Assembly: GCA_023622545.1 (NCBI GenBank)
Contig: JAMNZA010000140.1
Location: 1-41,900 of the forward strand
Direction of reading: 5' to 3'
DNA: 41,900 nucleotides
Origin: Methanobacteriota archaeon
GTDB lineage: Archaea; Methanobacteriota_B; Thermococci; Methanofastidiosales; Methanofastidiosaceae
Shown here piece by piece: positions 24,386 to 34,570 of the stretch (the first letter of the stretch is position 1; the number at the start of each line of letters is the position of its first letter). The notes under the pieces were generated by a model that saw only the letters and a program-made list of their open reading frames with translations, searched no databases and had not been told where the DNA came from. The position numbers were made by a program, and so were the translations under genes.

Positions 24386-26056
24386 ATGGCAGAAATTAGA
24401 CAACCAATGAGTGTCCAACCCGAGGGCGCTCAGAGATTTATGGGCAGAGATGCTCAAAGAATGAATATTCTAGCTGGAAGAATTGTAGCAGAAACAGTAA
24501 AGACGACACTAGGTCCAAGAGGTATGGACAAGATGCTCGTTGACTCACTCGGAGATGTAGTCATCACAAACGATGGTGCCACAATCCTTAGTGAAATGGA
24601 CATTGCTCACCCAGCAGCAAAAATGATTGTAGAAGTAGCCAAGACACAGGATGAAGAAGTTGGAGACGGTACAACAACAGCTGTTGTTATCGCTGGAGAA
24701 CTTCTAAAGAAGGCCGAAGACCTTCTAGATCAAGATGTACATGCAACAGTAGTTGCATCTGGTTACAAGATCGCAGCTGAAAAAGCTGAAGAAATATTGA
24801 AAGATATAGGAGATAAAATTACTATTAATGACGATGAAGTCCTTCTTGAAATCGCAAAGACTGCAATGACAGGAAAGGGTGCAGAAAAAGCAAAGGATAC
24901 ACTAGCACCATTGGCCCTTAATGCAGTAAAGCAAGTCGCAGTAAAAGAAAACGGAAAATACACCGTTGAAACTGAAGACATAAAGGTTGAGAAGAAAGAA
25001 GGTGGAAGCGTAGAAGATTCAAAACTCATCCAGGGATTAATTATTGACAAGGAAAGAGTACACGACGGTATGCCAAAGAAAATAAAGGACGCAAAAATCG
25101 CTTTACTCGATTGTGCACTTGAAGTAAAAGAAACAGAAACAGACGCAGAGATTAGAATTACTTCCCCAGACCAGCTTCAGGCATTTTTGGACCAAGAAGA
25201 AGCAATGCTAAAGAAGATGGTAGACCAGATAAAGGCATCTGGAGCAACAGTTGTATTTTGTCAGAAAGGAATCGATGACTTAGCACAGCACTACCTTGCA
25301 AAGAACGGTATTTACGCAGCAAGAAGAGTCAAAAAGAGTGACATGAAGAAACTAGCTAAAGCAACAGGCGCAAGAGTTGTAAACAAAGTATCTGACCTTG
25401 AAGGAAAGGATTTAGGTAACGCAGGCTCTGTCGAAGAGAAGAAGATAGGCGGAGACGAAATGACCTTTGTTGAAGGATGCAAGGATCCAAAATCAGTAAG
25501 CTTATTACTTAGAGGAGGAACAGAACACTTCCTAGAGGAAGTTGAGAGAGCACTTGAAGATGCAATAGGAGTTATCTCAACTGCAATCGAAGATGGAACA
25601 ATCTGTGCCGGTGGAGGAGCAGCTGAAATGGAATTGTGCAAGAGACTCAACGAATATGCAGAAAAGATTAGCGGCAGAGAACAGCTTGCAGTTAAAGCAT
25701 TCGCACAGGCAATGGAAATCATCCCAAGAACATTAGCAGAAAATGCAGGTATGGATCCAATCGATACCATAGTTGCACTCAAAGCATCACACGAGACCAA
25801 AGACCACAAGAGATTCGGAATCGATATCTTTGACGGAAAGGTTAAAGATATGATGAAGGCCGGAGTTGTTGAACCACTAAGAATTAAAGAACAGGCAGTA
25901 AAGAGTGCATCTGAATCCGCCATAATGATCCTAAGAATCGACGACGTTATCGCTGCAAGTGGAATCGGAAAGAGAAAAGGCATGGGCGGCGACGATGACG
26001 ATATGGGAATGGGCGGCATGGGCGGAATGCCCGGTGGAATGCCTGGAATGATGTAA
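24386..26056 (+). CDS. ths: thermosome subunit (group II chaperonin)
   Basis: Hallmarks [38 protein letters not shown] and VEPLRIK, plus the Gly-Met tail [16 protein letters not shown]. Visibly higher G+C and biased codon usage than its neighbours. Confidence 0.97.
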   Translation: MAEIRQPMSVQPEGAQRFMGRDAQRMNILAGRIVAETVKTTLGPRGMDKMLVDSLGDVVITNDGATILSEMDIAHPAAKMIVEVAKTQDEEVGDGTTTAVVIAGELLKKAEDLLDQDVHATVVASGYKIAAEKAEEILKDIGDKITINDDEVLLEIAKTAMTGKGAEKAKDTLAPLALNAVKQVAVKENGKYTVETEDIKVEKKEGGSVEDSKLIQGLIIDKERVHDGMPKKIKDAKIALLDCALEVKETETDAEIRITSPDQLQAFLDQEEAMLKKMVDQIKASGATVVFCQKGIDDLAQHYLAKNGIYAARRVKKSDMKKLAKATGARVVNKVSDLEGKDLGNAGSVEEKKIGGDEMTFVEGCKDPKSVSLLLRGGTEHFLEEVERALEDAIGVISTAIEDGTICAGGGAAEMELCKRLNEYAEKISGREQLAVKAFAQAMEIIPRTLAENAGMDPIDTIVALKASHETKDHKRFGIDIFDGKVKDMMKAGVVEPLRIKEQAVKSASESAIMILRIDDVIAASGIGKRKGMGGDDDDMGMGGMGGMPGGMPGMM

Positions 26057-26139
26057 AATAAAATATTTTTCTTTATTTATTATTTTTATTCTATTTTAAT
26101 AAGAGCAATATTTATTAGAGAATTCTGTGTAGACTATAC

Positions 26140-26817
26140 ATGGACACCAATTCTATTCTAGAAAAATTAAGATCAATGTCAAATCCATCTTCTCTAGAGG
26201 GTATGACTCGCTTTGGAATTAATACCGATAAGGCATTTGGAGTTTCAGTCCCTAACCTAAGAGATCTAGCTAAAGATATTGGAAAAAATCATAAAATGGC
26301 TTTAGAATTATGGAAGTTAGATTACCATGAAACTAAAATTCTTGCAAGCATGATAGACGATCCAAAAATCGTTACAGAAGACCAAATCGAGAATTGGGTT
26401 AAAGATTTTAATTCATGGGACATTTGTGATCAAACTTGTAACAATTTATTTGGAAAGACTTCTATGGCTTTTAACAAATCCTTCGAATGGTGTAGAAGGG
26501 AAGAGGAGTTTATCAAAAGAGCAGGTTTTGTATTAATGGCAGTACTAGCAGTTCATGATAAAAAAAGAGAGGATAAGGATTTTGAACTTTTTTTAAAAGA
26601 GATATACTTGGGATCAAATGACGACAGGGTATATGTAAAAAAGGCAGTTAACTGGGCCTTAAGACAGGTTGGGAAGAGAAATATTTACCTAAATAAAAAG
26701 GCCATAGAAACAGCAAAGGATATCCAGAAGCTAAATTCGAAACCAGCAAAATGGATATCCTCTGATGCCTTAAGAGAGCTTAACAGCCCTAAAATAATAC
26801 AAAGGATAAAGAAGTAA
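26140..26817 (+). CDS. DNA alkylation repair protein family (HEAT-like repeat, AlkD-type fold)
   Basis: The 225-aa helical-repeat protein has an N-terminus (L..L.S..NP....GM.RFGI.....FGVSVP.LR.LAK..G.NH.LA..LW) matching my recollection of the family. Not verified. Confidence 0.7.
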   Translation: MDTNSILEKLRSMSNPSSLEGMTRFGINTDKAFGVSVPNLRDLAKDIGKNHKMALELWKLDYHETKILASMIDDPKIVTEDQIENWVKDFNSWDICDQTCNNLFGKTSMAFNKSFEWCRREEEFIKRAGFVLMAVLAVHDKKREDKDFELFLKEIYLGSNDDRVYVKKAVNWALRQVGKRNIYLNKKAIETAKDIQKLNSKPAKWISSDALRELNSPKIIQRIKK

Positions 26818-26870
26818 TCATACAAAAATAATATAAAATAGAATATGTGATATAATCATGAGGGAAAAAC

Positions 26871-27227
26871 ATGTTTGATTTACAAGGATTAAGCACTGAA
26901 GCAAAAATCGGAAAAATCTTGATTTTGGTATCTCTTGTCCTAGGGGTTTTAGGATTACTTGGGATAGTTCTAGGATTTGGATATAGGGCCCTATTTCCTA
27001 TGAGTTTTATGAGGGGAATACCGCTATTCGCCGGATTTTTATTAATCTTCAGTGCAGTCATTAAAATATTGGGATTGATAGTTGGATATATGGCGCTTGC
27101 TTCAACTGAGCTCAAGAACTACAATAGGGCAGGTATACTTGCTATTATATCAAGTTTATTGCCACCTCTTGATCTGATAATGCTTATAGGTGGAATTTTG
27201 TGCATAATTAGCAAAGAAGCAAAATAA
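26871..27227 (+). CDS. small integral membrane protein (118 aa, 3-4 helices)
   Basis: GAGGGA lies upstream of the ATG. The sequence is strongly hydrophobic, with no motif recognised. Confidence 0.6.
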   Translation: MFDLQGLSTEAKIGKILILVSLVLGVLGLLGIVLGFGYRALFPMSFMRGIPLFAGFLLIFSAVIKILGLIVGYMALASTELKNYNRAGILAIISSLLPPLDLIMLIGGILCIISKEAK

Positions 27228-27271
27228 TATTTTATTTTTTCAAAAACTTTTTAAAGATTTGTTTACTTCTT

Positions 27272-27748
27272 ATGAGTATGAGTCCAATCGTTGACGGATT
27301 TATTCGTTTCTTTTATAATCCAATTGTCACACCAACAACACTCGCATATATAGCCTCAATTATTGGCAAGATTATATATGAATCAATCACTAAGAGAAAG
27401 TTATCTCTTATTGCGGGTGTAAAGGATGGGGGGATGCCAAGTTCACATACTGCAGCTGTCGTGGGATTGTCAACATCCATACTATTGAACGAAGGATTGT
27501 CCACTGTCTTTTGGGTTTCTTTATTATTCTCGTTCATTGTCATGAAAGATGCAATTGGAGTTAGATGGGAAACAGGTCAACAAGCCAAGGCCATAAATGA
27601 AATTTTGAAAAGGCTTCGTATGAGACAAGTTTTAGAAGAGGATCTAAAAGAATTATTGGGGCATACCGAAGCTCAAGTTTTAGGGGGATTCATTGTCGGC
27701 GTAGTGTTTTCTTATATTGGCCATGTTTTGTTTTTTGGCCCAATTTAG
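27272..27748 (+). CDS. divergent PAP2 / acid-phosphatase-vanadium-haloperoxidase-related membrane protein (DUF212-type)
   Basis: Motifs GGMPSSHTA, KDAIGVR and LGHTEAQVLGG are in the order characteristic of this family. Confidence 0.8.
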   Translation: MSMSPIVDGFIRFFYNPIVTPTTLAYIASIIGKIIYESITKRKLSLIAGVKDGGMPSSHTAAVVGLSTSILLNEGLSTVFWVSLLFSFIVMKDAIGVRWETGQQAKAINEILKRLRMRQVLEEDLKELLGHTEAQVLGGFIVGVVFSYIGHVLFFGPI

Positions 27749-27867
27749 ATCTTCATAAATAAAAATAATTATTCAACAATTGCGCCTTTAGTTTATCGTT
27801 TTTTTCTACAATAAAAAAATAACTTCTAACAAAGAGTTTTTTAAGCAATGACTATACAATCATCTTC

Positions 27868-30702
27868 ATGGGTGCGAACTATATTACGGTAAAAGGTGCA
27901 TCGGAACATAATCTAAAGAACATAGATGTCCAATTACCTAGGGATAAGTTAATAGTGATTACTGGAGTTTCAGGTTCTGGTAAATCTTCTCTTGCATTTG
28001 ATACAATTTATGCTGAAGGTCAAAGACGTTATGTTGAATCACTTTCAGCTTATGCTAGACAATTCTTAGGATTGATGGAAAAACCGGATGTCGAATACAT
28101 TGAAGGATTGTCCCCGGCAATTTCAATAGAACAAAAAACAACTTCAAAAAATCCCAGATCTACCGTTGGTACAGTTACAGAAATTTATGATTACCTTAGA
28201 CTTCTATATGCTAGAATAGGAATCCCTTACTGTTCGAACTGCGGTAAAGAGATAAAACAGCAGACTGTAACAGAGATTACAGATCAAATCCTCTCTTTTC
28301 CAGAAGGGACAAAAATCACCGTACTAGCACCTATAGTTAGGGGAAGAAAAGGTGAGTACTCAACTCTTCTCAAAGATTTAAATCAAGAAGGTTTTGCAAG
28401 AGCTGAGGTTGATGGGGAGATAAAGGAGTTAGACGTCGAAATCCGGCTTGAGAGATACAAAAAACATGATATCAACATTATAATTGATAGACTTGTATTA
28501 AAGGAGGGTATTTCTCCAAGGCTCTATGAAGACATAGAACTGGCATTGAAAAAAGGAGAAGGAATAATATTTGTAGATATAGATGATCAAAGAAAAACAT
28601 TTTCTCAGAATTTTGCATGCCCTGATTGTGGAATTAGTTTAGAAGAGATTACACCTAGAATGTTTTCATTTAATACTCCTTATGGAGCTTGCCCCGCTTG
28701 TCATGGATTAGGATTTAAACAAGAATTTGATCCTGACCTCATTATCCCAAATAAAGATGCTTCACTTATGGAAGGGGCAGTGGATGTCTGGGGGTCTATA
28801 GATGGATTTAGAGGTCAGACTTTAGAGGCTCTTTCCAAGAAATTTAATTTTAGACTAGATATTCCTGTTAAAGAGTTATCTGAAAAACACCTTAATATCT
28901 TATTATATGGAACAACAGACAAGGTAAGATATAATTATCGCTCAAGAAATACCCCTACTTATTGGACATACGAAGGGACTTTTGAGGGCATAATCCCCTG
29001 GCTTGAGAGAGTATATAGGGAAACTGAGTCTGATTACAGAAAGGAGCAATTTGAGAGGTACATAAGATACAAACCTTGTGAGGTATGTGAAGGTAAGAGA
29101 TTAAAGCCTGACGCACTTTCTGTAAAAATTCAGGATAAATCCATAATTGACATCACTGAATTTCAAATAAGCAATTGTTACAAGTTTTTTGTTGATTTAG
29201 ATCAAAACTTAAATGAAAAGGAAAAGATAATCTCAAAACAAATCTTAAAGGAGATTAAATCTAGGCTAGGGTTTCTCATAAGCGTGGGCTTAGATTATTT
29301 GACACTTGATAGGAGTTCAGGTACTTTATCAGGTGGAGAGTCACAGAGAATCAGGCTTGCAACACAGATTGGATCGCAGCTTGTAGGAGTATTATATATT
29401 CTGGACGAGCCAAGTATAGGGCTTCACCAAAGAGATAATGCAAAATTAATTGTGATGCTCAAGAAATTGAGGGACATTGGAAATACTGTAATCGTTATTG
29501 AGCATGATGAAGAGACAATGCTTTCTTCTGATTATCTTGTTGATATAGGCCCTGGAGCTGGTGTTCATGGTGGAGAGGTAGTTGCAGTTGGCATACCAGA
29601 AGAAGTAAAGAATAATCCCAACTCACTTACCGGTAAATATTTATCAAGAAATCTTAGAATTGAAGTTCCAAAAGTTAGAAAGACAAGCAATCAGCACCTC
29701 GTGATTAAAGGTGCAAGGCAGTTTAATCTAAAAAACATAGATGTAAAGATACCACTAGGTCTTTTTGTTTGTATTACCGGCGTTTCTGGAAGTGGAAAAA
29801 GTACTTTAATTAATGAAATCCTTTACAAAGATTTGGCGAAAAGATTCTATAAGGCAAATGATCAGCCCGGAGATCATGACGGCATTTTAGGAATTGAAAA
29901 TATAGATAAGGTAATAATAATTGATCAAAGTCCAATTGGTAGGAGCCCAAGATCAAACCCGGCTACATACACTGGACTATTTACCCCAATAAGAGAACTA
30001 TTCTCAGAACTTCCCGAATCAAAAAGAAGGGGATTCAAGAAGGGTAGATTTTCATTCAATGTAAAAGGCGGAAGGTGTGAAAATTGCAGTGGAGATGGAT
30101 TAATTAAAATAGAAATGCACTTCCTGCCGGATGTTTATGTTAAATGCGAAGAATGTAAAGGAGAACGATATAATAGGGAGACCTTGAGCGTTAAATACAA
30201 GGGTAAATCAATTTCTGACGTTCTTGAGATGACAGTAGAAGAAGCTCTCCACTTTTTTGAGAACATACCTATAATTAGAAATAAACTTCAAACACTTCAC
30301 GATGTTGGATTGTCATACATAAAGGTGGGGCAACCTGGTACTACCCTTTCAGGTGGTGAGGCTCAAAGGGTCAAACTATCAAAGGAACTCTCAAGAAAAG
30401 CTACTGGGAAAACTCTTTACATTTTGGACGAGCCTACAACAGGTCTGCATTTTCATGATGTTAAAAAACTTCTTGACGTCCTCCTAAGATTAAGGGAGAA
30501 TGGAAACACGGTACTTGTCATTGAACACAATATGGATGTAATTAAAACTGCGGACCATATAATTGATTTAGGGCCTGAAGGTGGGTATAAAGGAGGAGAG
30601 ATAATAGCAGAAGGGACCCCCGAAGATATTATTAAATCCCCGAAGAGCCACACTGGAAGATTTTTAGAGGAAGTACTAAAGAGAGACGGAATCAATATAT
30701 AG
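27868..30702 (+). CDS. uvrA: excinuclease ABC subunit A
   Basis: N-terminus [41 protein letters not shown]. Second ATPase module [16 protein letters not shown]. Two LSGGE signature motifs. Zinc modules CPDCG..CPACHG and [14 protein letters not shown]. 944 aa. Confidence 0.97.
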   Translation: MGANYITVKGASEHNLKNIDVQLPRDKLIVITGVSGSGKSSLAFDTIYAEGQRRYVESLSAYARQFLGLMEKPDVEYIEGLSPAISIEQKTTSKNPRSTVGTVTEIYDYLRLLYARIGIPYCSNCGKEIKQQTVTEITDQILSFPEGTKITVLAPIVRGRKGEYSTLLKDLNQEGFARAEVDGEIKELDVEIRLERYKKHDINIIIDRLVLKEGISPRLYEDIELALKKGEGIIFVDIDDQRKTFSQNFACPDCGISLEEITPRMFSFNTPYGACPACHGLGFKQEFDPDLIIPNKDASLMEGAVDVWGSIDGFRGQTLEALSKKFNFRLDIPVKELSEKHLNILLYGTTDKVRYNYRSRNTPTYWTYEGTFEGIIPWLERVYRETESDYRKEQFERYIRYKPCEVCEGKRLKPDALSVKIQDKSIIDITEFQISNCYKFFVDLDQNLNEKEKIISKQILKEIKSRLGFLISVGLDYLTLDRSSGTLSGGESQRIRLATQIGSQLVGVLYILDEPSIGLHQRDNAKLIVMLKKLRDIGNTVIVIEHDEETMLSSDYLVDIGPGAGVHGGEVVAVGIPEEVKNNPNSLTGKYLSRNLRIEVPKVRKTSNQHLVIKGARQFNLKNIDVKIPLGLFVCITGVSGSGKSTLINEILYKDLAKRFYKANDQPGDHDGILGIENIDKVIIIDQSPIGRSPRSNPATYTGLFTPIRELFSELPESKRRGFKKGRFSFNVKGGRCENCSGDGLIKIEMHFLPDVYVKCEECKGERYNRETLSVKYKGKSISDVLEMTVEEALHFFENIPIIRNKLQTLHDVGLSYIKVGQPGTTLSGGEAQRVKLSKELSRKATGKTLYILDEPTTGLHFHDVKKLLDVLLRLRENGNTVLVIEHNMDVIKTADHIIDLGPEGGYKGGEIIAEGTPEDIIKSPKSHTGRFLEEVLKRDGINI

Positions 30703-30857
30703 CTTCAGTACTATTTTATCTAACTTTTTTTAAACATTAATCTCTGATTTTCAATTAATAATTACTATTGTTTATCGTTAAAATAAAATATTTTTAACAA
30801 TATAGAAATATTTATATATCAATAGTGTAAAATATATTATGCACTAGAGGTGAAGTT

Positions 30858-31262
30858 ATGAAAAATATAACTACATTGTTGGTGATTGGGTTATTATTAG
30901 CCTCAATCGCCCCAATATTGGGAGAAACGTGCTCAAATGATGAGGAAAACAATAGAATAACTTGCTCAGACAACACAAAATTAATTGATTCAATTGTTGC
31001 TAAGAGCTTCCTTAATAACATTAGAAAAGGAAGTATGGATTTAAACGGTAACAAATTGGTCCACACAGTGTTAACACCGTTTGGGGATCTACCAATGGCA
31101 TCTTCCTTACTAAAGAACCACTTTGGAGCATATGACTACTCTCATGAGAGAAACACGCCAGGATGGTATTCCTACGATATTCAACCATTATCCAAAACAC
31201 AGAAGCCCTACGAACCAGTGCCATCAAGAATCTATACATCTGATATCTCAGATGAAGAATAA
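30858..31262 (+). CDS. small secreted protein, function unknown
   Basis: GAGGTGA lies upstream. The signal-like N-terminus is MKNITTLLVIGLLLASIAPILG. No motif recognised. Confidence 0.5.
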   Translation: MKNITTLLVIGLLLASIAPILGETCSNDEENNRITCSDNTKLIDSIVAKSFLNNIRKGSMDLNGNKLVHTVLTPFGDLPMASSLLKNHFGAYDYSHERNTPGWYSYDIQPLSKTQKPYEPVPSRIYTSDISDEE

Positions 31263-31471
31263 TAATATTTTATTTTCTTTTAGTTTATATTTAACTCTAT
31301 AATTTAAATTAAATATTTTTATCCTTGATAAGGCATATTTCCTTTTTTTCTTATATATATTCGAATAAAACTTTTATATAATTAGATTAAAGTGAAAATA
31401 TCTTTTTTTTAAATAGAAAACCTTTTTAGAAAGAGAATAAAAAAGAAAGTACTAAACATTAAGGTGATTTT

Positions 31472-33877
31472 ATGACAAAACAACTTTCTCCAGATATGAT
31501 TAGGCGGACATTTGACAAAAATAAATTAACATGTAAGAATAGTAGAGAAGTTTCGCCATTGGAAGATATTGTCGGTCAAGATAGGGCTTTGAAAGCATTG
31601 AAATTTGGTCTAGAGATACAAGAAAAAGGATTTAATATTTTTGTTGCTGGTTTCCCGGGAACAGGAAAAATGACGGCAGTAAAGAGTTTCTTAGATAAGT
31701 TAGCTGAAGATCAAACTGTTCCTCCAGATTGGTGCTATGTTAATAATTTCCAAGAGCCATATGAACCAAAGGCAATCAAGTTAAAAGCTGGTCAGGGACG
31801 AGCCTTCCATAAAGATATGGCAAATTTACTAAATGAAGCTAAAATTAATCTTCCAAAAGCATTTGAGAGCGAAGATTTTGCATTAAAAAGAGAATCTACA
31901 ATCCAACTAATTGAAGCTGAGCGCAATAAAATATTTTCTGATTTAAACAGAAAAGCTGAGAAAGAAGGAATGATTGTCCAGACTACCCCCATGGGATTTA
32001 TATTTGTTCCAATTGTCAGCGGTAGACCAATGACCGAAGAGGAGTTCATTGCATTAAGTCCTGAAATGAAAGACGATATACAGCAAAAAAGAGACAAATT
32101 AAACTCAGAACTAAGATTAGTTTTTAGACAGCTCAAAGAATTAGACACCAAAACTTTTGATGAAATCAAAAAATTAAACACTGAAGTAGCTCTTTTTACA
32201 ATAGGACACTTAGTGGCAGATTTGAACAAAAAATATTCCGATTATCCAGAAATAGTTGCATACCTAAAAGAGGTACAAGAAGATATCCTAGATAACTTAA
32301 ATTTATTTTACAAACCAACACCGGCTCAACCTCCAATTCAAGCCCCATGGGCAGAAGAATTACCATTAAGGCGTTATACCGTTAATCTATTCACAGATAA
32401 CTTCACTCTTAAAGGGAGGCCAGTAGTTGTAGAGCTAAACCCAACCTACCAAAATCTATTTGGAAGGATAGAAAAGGAAGCCCAGTTTGGGATGCTTACC
32501 ACAGATTTTACCATGGTAAGGGGTGGGTCTATACATAAGGCCAATGGGGGATACCTAGTAATACCTGCAGAAGAATTAGTAAAGAATCTTTTTTCATATG
32601 ATGGACTTAAAAGAGCACTTAGTAGTGAGGAAGCAGTTGTCGAAGAAGCTGGGGAGAGATTAGGATTTATTACAACAAAGGGATTAAGACCAGCGCCAAT
32701 ACCCCTAAACACAAAAGTTGTCATAGTTGGAAACCCAATTATCTACCAAAGCCTTTTTGCCGTGGATCCTGAATTTAAAGAGCTGTTTAAGGTAAAAGCT
32801 GAATTTGACATTAATATGGATTTCAACGACGATAATGTGGAAAACTATGTTTCTTTCATATGTTCTTTATGTTCAAAGGAGAAATTATTGCACCTTGACT
32901 CGTCTGCAATTGCAAAAGTAATAGAGTATGGGGCAAGACTAGCAGAAGACCAAGAAAAACTCTCAACAAAATTTGCTGACATAGCAGATATCATACGAGA
33001 AGCTAACTTCTACGCAAAACAAGACAAAAAGGACCTGATTAAGGACATTCATATTGTAAAGGCTGTTGAAGAGAAAAATTATCGTTCAAATCTTATCCAA
33101 GAAAGAGTAAACGAGATGGTAACAAGAGGATTTTATCTTATAGACACTGAAGGTGAGGCAGTTGGACAAATAAATGGTCTCGCTGTTCTAAGCCTAGGCG
33201 ATTTTACTTTTGGCAGGCCATCTAGAGTTACAGCGACCGTTAATATTGGAAGAGGCGGAATCATTGATATTGAAAGAGAAGCTAAAATGGGAGGAAATAT
33301 CCACTCGAAAGGAGTAATGATCTTAGGTGGATATTTAGCAGATAATTTTGCCCAAGACAAACCATTGAATCTGACTGCAAGGCTTGTATTCGAACAAAAC
33401 TACGAGGGCGTTGATGGGGATAGCGCCTCAAGCACCGAGTTATATGCGATATTGTCTGCCCTTTCAGGTGTTCCAATAAAACAGTATTATGCTGTGACAG
33501 GATCTGTTAATCAGAAAGGAGAAGTCCAAGCAATTGGAGGAGTCAACTACAAGATTGAAGGATTCTACGAAATCTGTAAAGCAAAAGGACTTAACGGTAA
33601 ACAAGGAGTTTTAATACCAAGAAGCAATATACAGAATTTAATGCTTAAGGAGGAAATTGTAGAAGCTGTAAGGCAAGGTAAGTTCCGTATCTACTCAGTT
33701 GAAAATATCAAAGAAGGTATAGAGATCTTGACAGGAGTCAAAGCCGGTGAAATGGGAGCAGATGGAAAGTATCCTGAGAACAGCATATATGGACTTGTTG
33801 ACAAGCGCCTCAGAGAAATGACTGAAAAAATGGACGGGGCTTCTGAAGAAAATGGAAAGAAGAAGGATGCCGATTGA
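31472..33877 (+). CDS. Lon-like protease with an AAA+-like N-terminal module carrying a long helical insertion (LonC / AAA_32-type), soluble
   Basis: AGGTGA lies upstream. Walker A is GFPGTGKMT. A charged, coiled-coil-like insertion covers roughly residues 120-290. The C-terminal Lon proteolytic domain has DGDSASSTELYA (Ser) and GGVNYKIEGF (Lys). The Walker-B-like segment reads GGYLVIPAEE, with no canonical hhhhDE. Confidence 0.82.
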   Translation: MTKQLSPDMIRRTFDKNKLTCKNSREVSPLEDIVGQDRALKALKFGLEIQEKGFNIFVAGFPGTGKMTAVKSFLDKLAEDQTVPPDWCYVNNFQEPYEPKAIKLKAGQGRAFHKDMANLLNEAKINLPKAFESEDFALKRESTIQLIEAERNKIFSDLNRKAEKEGMIVQTTPMGFIFVPIVSGRPMTEEEFIALSPEMKDDIQQKRDKLNSELRLVFRQLKELDTKTFDEIKKLNTEVALFTIGHLVADLNKKYSDYPEIVAYLKEVQEDILDNLNLFYKPTPAQPPIQAPWAEELPLRRYTVNLFTDNFTLKGRPVVVELNPTYQNLFGRIEKEAQFGMLTTDFTMVRGGSIHKANGGYLVIPAEELVKNLFSYDGLKRALSSEEAVVEEAGERLGFITTKGLRPAPIPLNTKVVIVGNPIIYQSLFAVDPEFKELFKVKAEFDINMDFNDDNVENYVSFICSLCSKEKLLHLDSSAIAKVIEYGARLAEDQEKLSTKFADIADIIREANFYAKQDKKDLIKDIHIVKAVEEKNYRSNLIQERVNEMVTRGFYLIDTEGEAVGQINGLAVLSLGDFTFGRPSRVTATVNIGRGGIIDIEREAKMGGNIHSKGVMILGGYLADNFAQDKPLNLTARLVFEQNYEGVDGDSASSTELYAILSALSGVPIKQYYAVTGSVNQKGEVQAIGGVNYKIEGFYEICKAKGLNGKQGVLIPRSNIQNLMLKEEIVEAVRQGKFRIYSVENIKEGIEILTGVKAGEMGADGKYPENSIYGLVDKRLREMTEKMDGASEENGKKKDAD

Positions 33878-33919
33878 TTTTAATTTATTAAGATAATAAA
33901 TATATAGGAGGTAAAAAAA

Positions 33920-34045
33920 ATGGTACAGGTAAATCAAGTTGGAGAAATATATAAGTGTGAAATCTGTGGAAATGTTGTGGAAGTATTAGAAGTAGGTGGC
34001 GGAGAATTAATCTGCTGCGGGGAACCAATGGTTTTACAGGAATAA
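33920..34045 (+). CDS. stand-alone desulforedoxin-type Fe(Cys)4 protein (equivalent to the N-terminal domain of desulfoferrodoxin)
   Basis: Not in the ORF track because it is only 41 aa. GGAGGT (33907-33912) lies 7 nt before the ATG. Translation: [41 protein letters not shown], with the diagnostic YKC..CGN.VEV...G.G.L.CCGE.M pattern (CxxC plus CC). Confidence 0.8.
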   Translation: MVQVNQVGEIYKCEICGNVVEVLEVGGGELICCGEPMVLQE

Positions 34046-34055
34046 AGTGGTGAAA

Positions 34056-34451
34056 ATGGTTAGAATAGGAGAAAAGATTCAGGAAGCAGATTGGAAAAAG
34101 GAGAAACATGTCCCTGTGATAGAATGTGCAGATACTGTCAAAGCAAATGAAACATTTGAAGTGAAAATTTCAATTGGAAAAGACATAGCCCACCCAAACA
34201 CAACTGAGCACCACATAAGATGGATTACACTTTACTACCAGGCTGAAGGCGAAAAAGCACTCTACCAAGTTGGGAACTATGAATTCACAGCCCATGGCGA
34301 AAGCCCACAAGGACCAAATACTGGACCAGTTTTCACAAATCATGAAGTAAAAACTTCTATGAAAATAGCAAAATCAGGAACATTATTTGCAGTATCACTT
34401 TGCAATATCCATGGCCTATGGGAATATTCTAAAGAAATTAAAGTAAATTAA
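34056..34451 (+). CDS. sor: superoxide reductase, 1Fe neelaredoxin type
   Basis: The track starts at GTG 34047; an in-frame ATG lies at 34056. It is near-collinear with Pyrococcus-type SOR: DWKKEKHVPVIE, HPNTTEHHIRW, FTAHGES..GPNTGPVF, CNIHGLWE. All His4Cys ligands and the Glu-Lys pair are present. Confidence 0.92.
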   Translation: MVRIGEKIQEADWKKEKHVPVIECADTVKANETFEVKISIGKDIAHPNTTEHHIRWITLYYQAEGEKALYQVGNYEFTAHGESPQGPNTGPVFTNHEVKTSMKIAKSGTLFAVSLCNIHGLWEYSKEIKVN

Positions 34452-34461
34452 TTTTTTTTTT
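34452..34461 (+). terminator. oligo-T tract (T10) immediately after the SOR stop; candidate archaeal intrinsic terminator
   Basis: Ten consecutive T residues start directly after the TAA at 34449-34451. Archaeal RNA polymerase is known to terminate at oligo-T runs. Confidence 0.4.
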
Positions 34462-34570
34462 AAATTAAATAGATGATTTATTTTAAATTAGTTCTTAATG
34501 TTTATTTAATTCAATTGAATGGCATTGCATTAATAATAAGTTTTTTAAAAGATTTATCCTTCTGTAAATT

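Noticed and set aside
25312-26019. 235-aa ORF antisense to the thermosome gene (also 24763-25050)
   Set aside because: It lies entirely inside a securely identified, strongly codon-biased gene. Its translation is low-complexity (Ser/Ala/Pro/Ile-rich), as expected for the reverse complement of GAA/GCA/GGA-rich coding sequence. It has no RBS or motif.
26789-27115. 108-aa minus-strand ORF bridging the end of the alkylation-repair gene and the small membrane-protein gene
   Set aside because: It overlaps two better-supported plus-strand genes and the spacer between them. It has no RBS, and its hydrophobic content mirrors the antisense of a membrane protein.
27868-30702. uvrA as a recently acquired bacterial island
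   Set aside because: Bacterial-type UvrA is known in many euryarchaea as an ancient transfer. Here its base composition and codon usage look like those of its neighbours, and no mobility genes flank it. uvrB and uvrC are simply not linked.
33920-34451. The Dx-SOR pair as a simple frameshift artefact of a fused desulfoferrodoxin gene
   Set aside because: I considered this, but the SOR gene has its own full-length 1Fe-SOR-type N-terminus. The combined linker would be longer than in fused Dfx. The Dx ORF ends in a clean TAA with its own strong RBS. It is kept as a finding, with read-level verification suggested.
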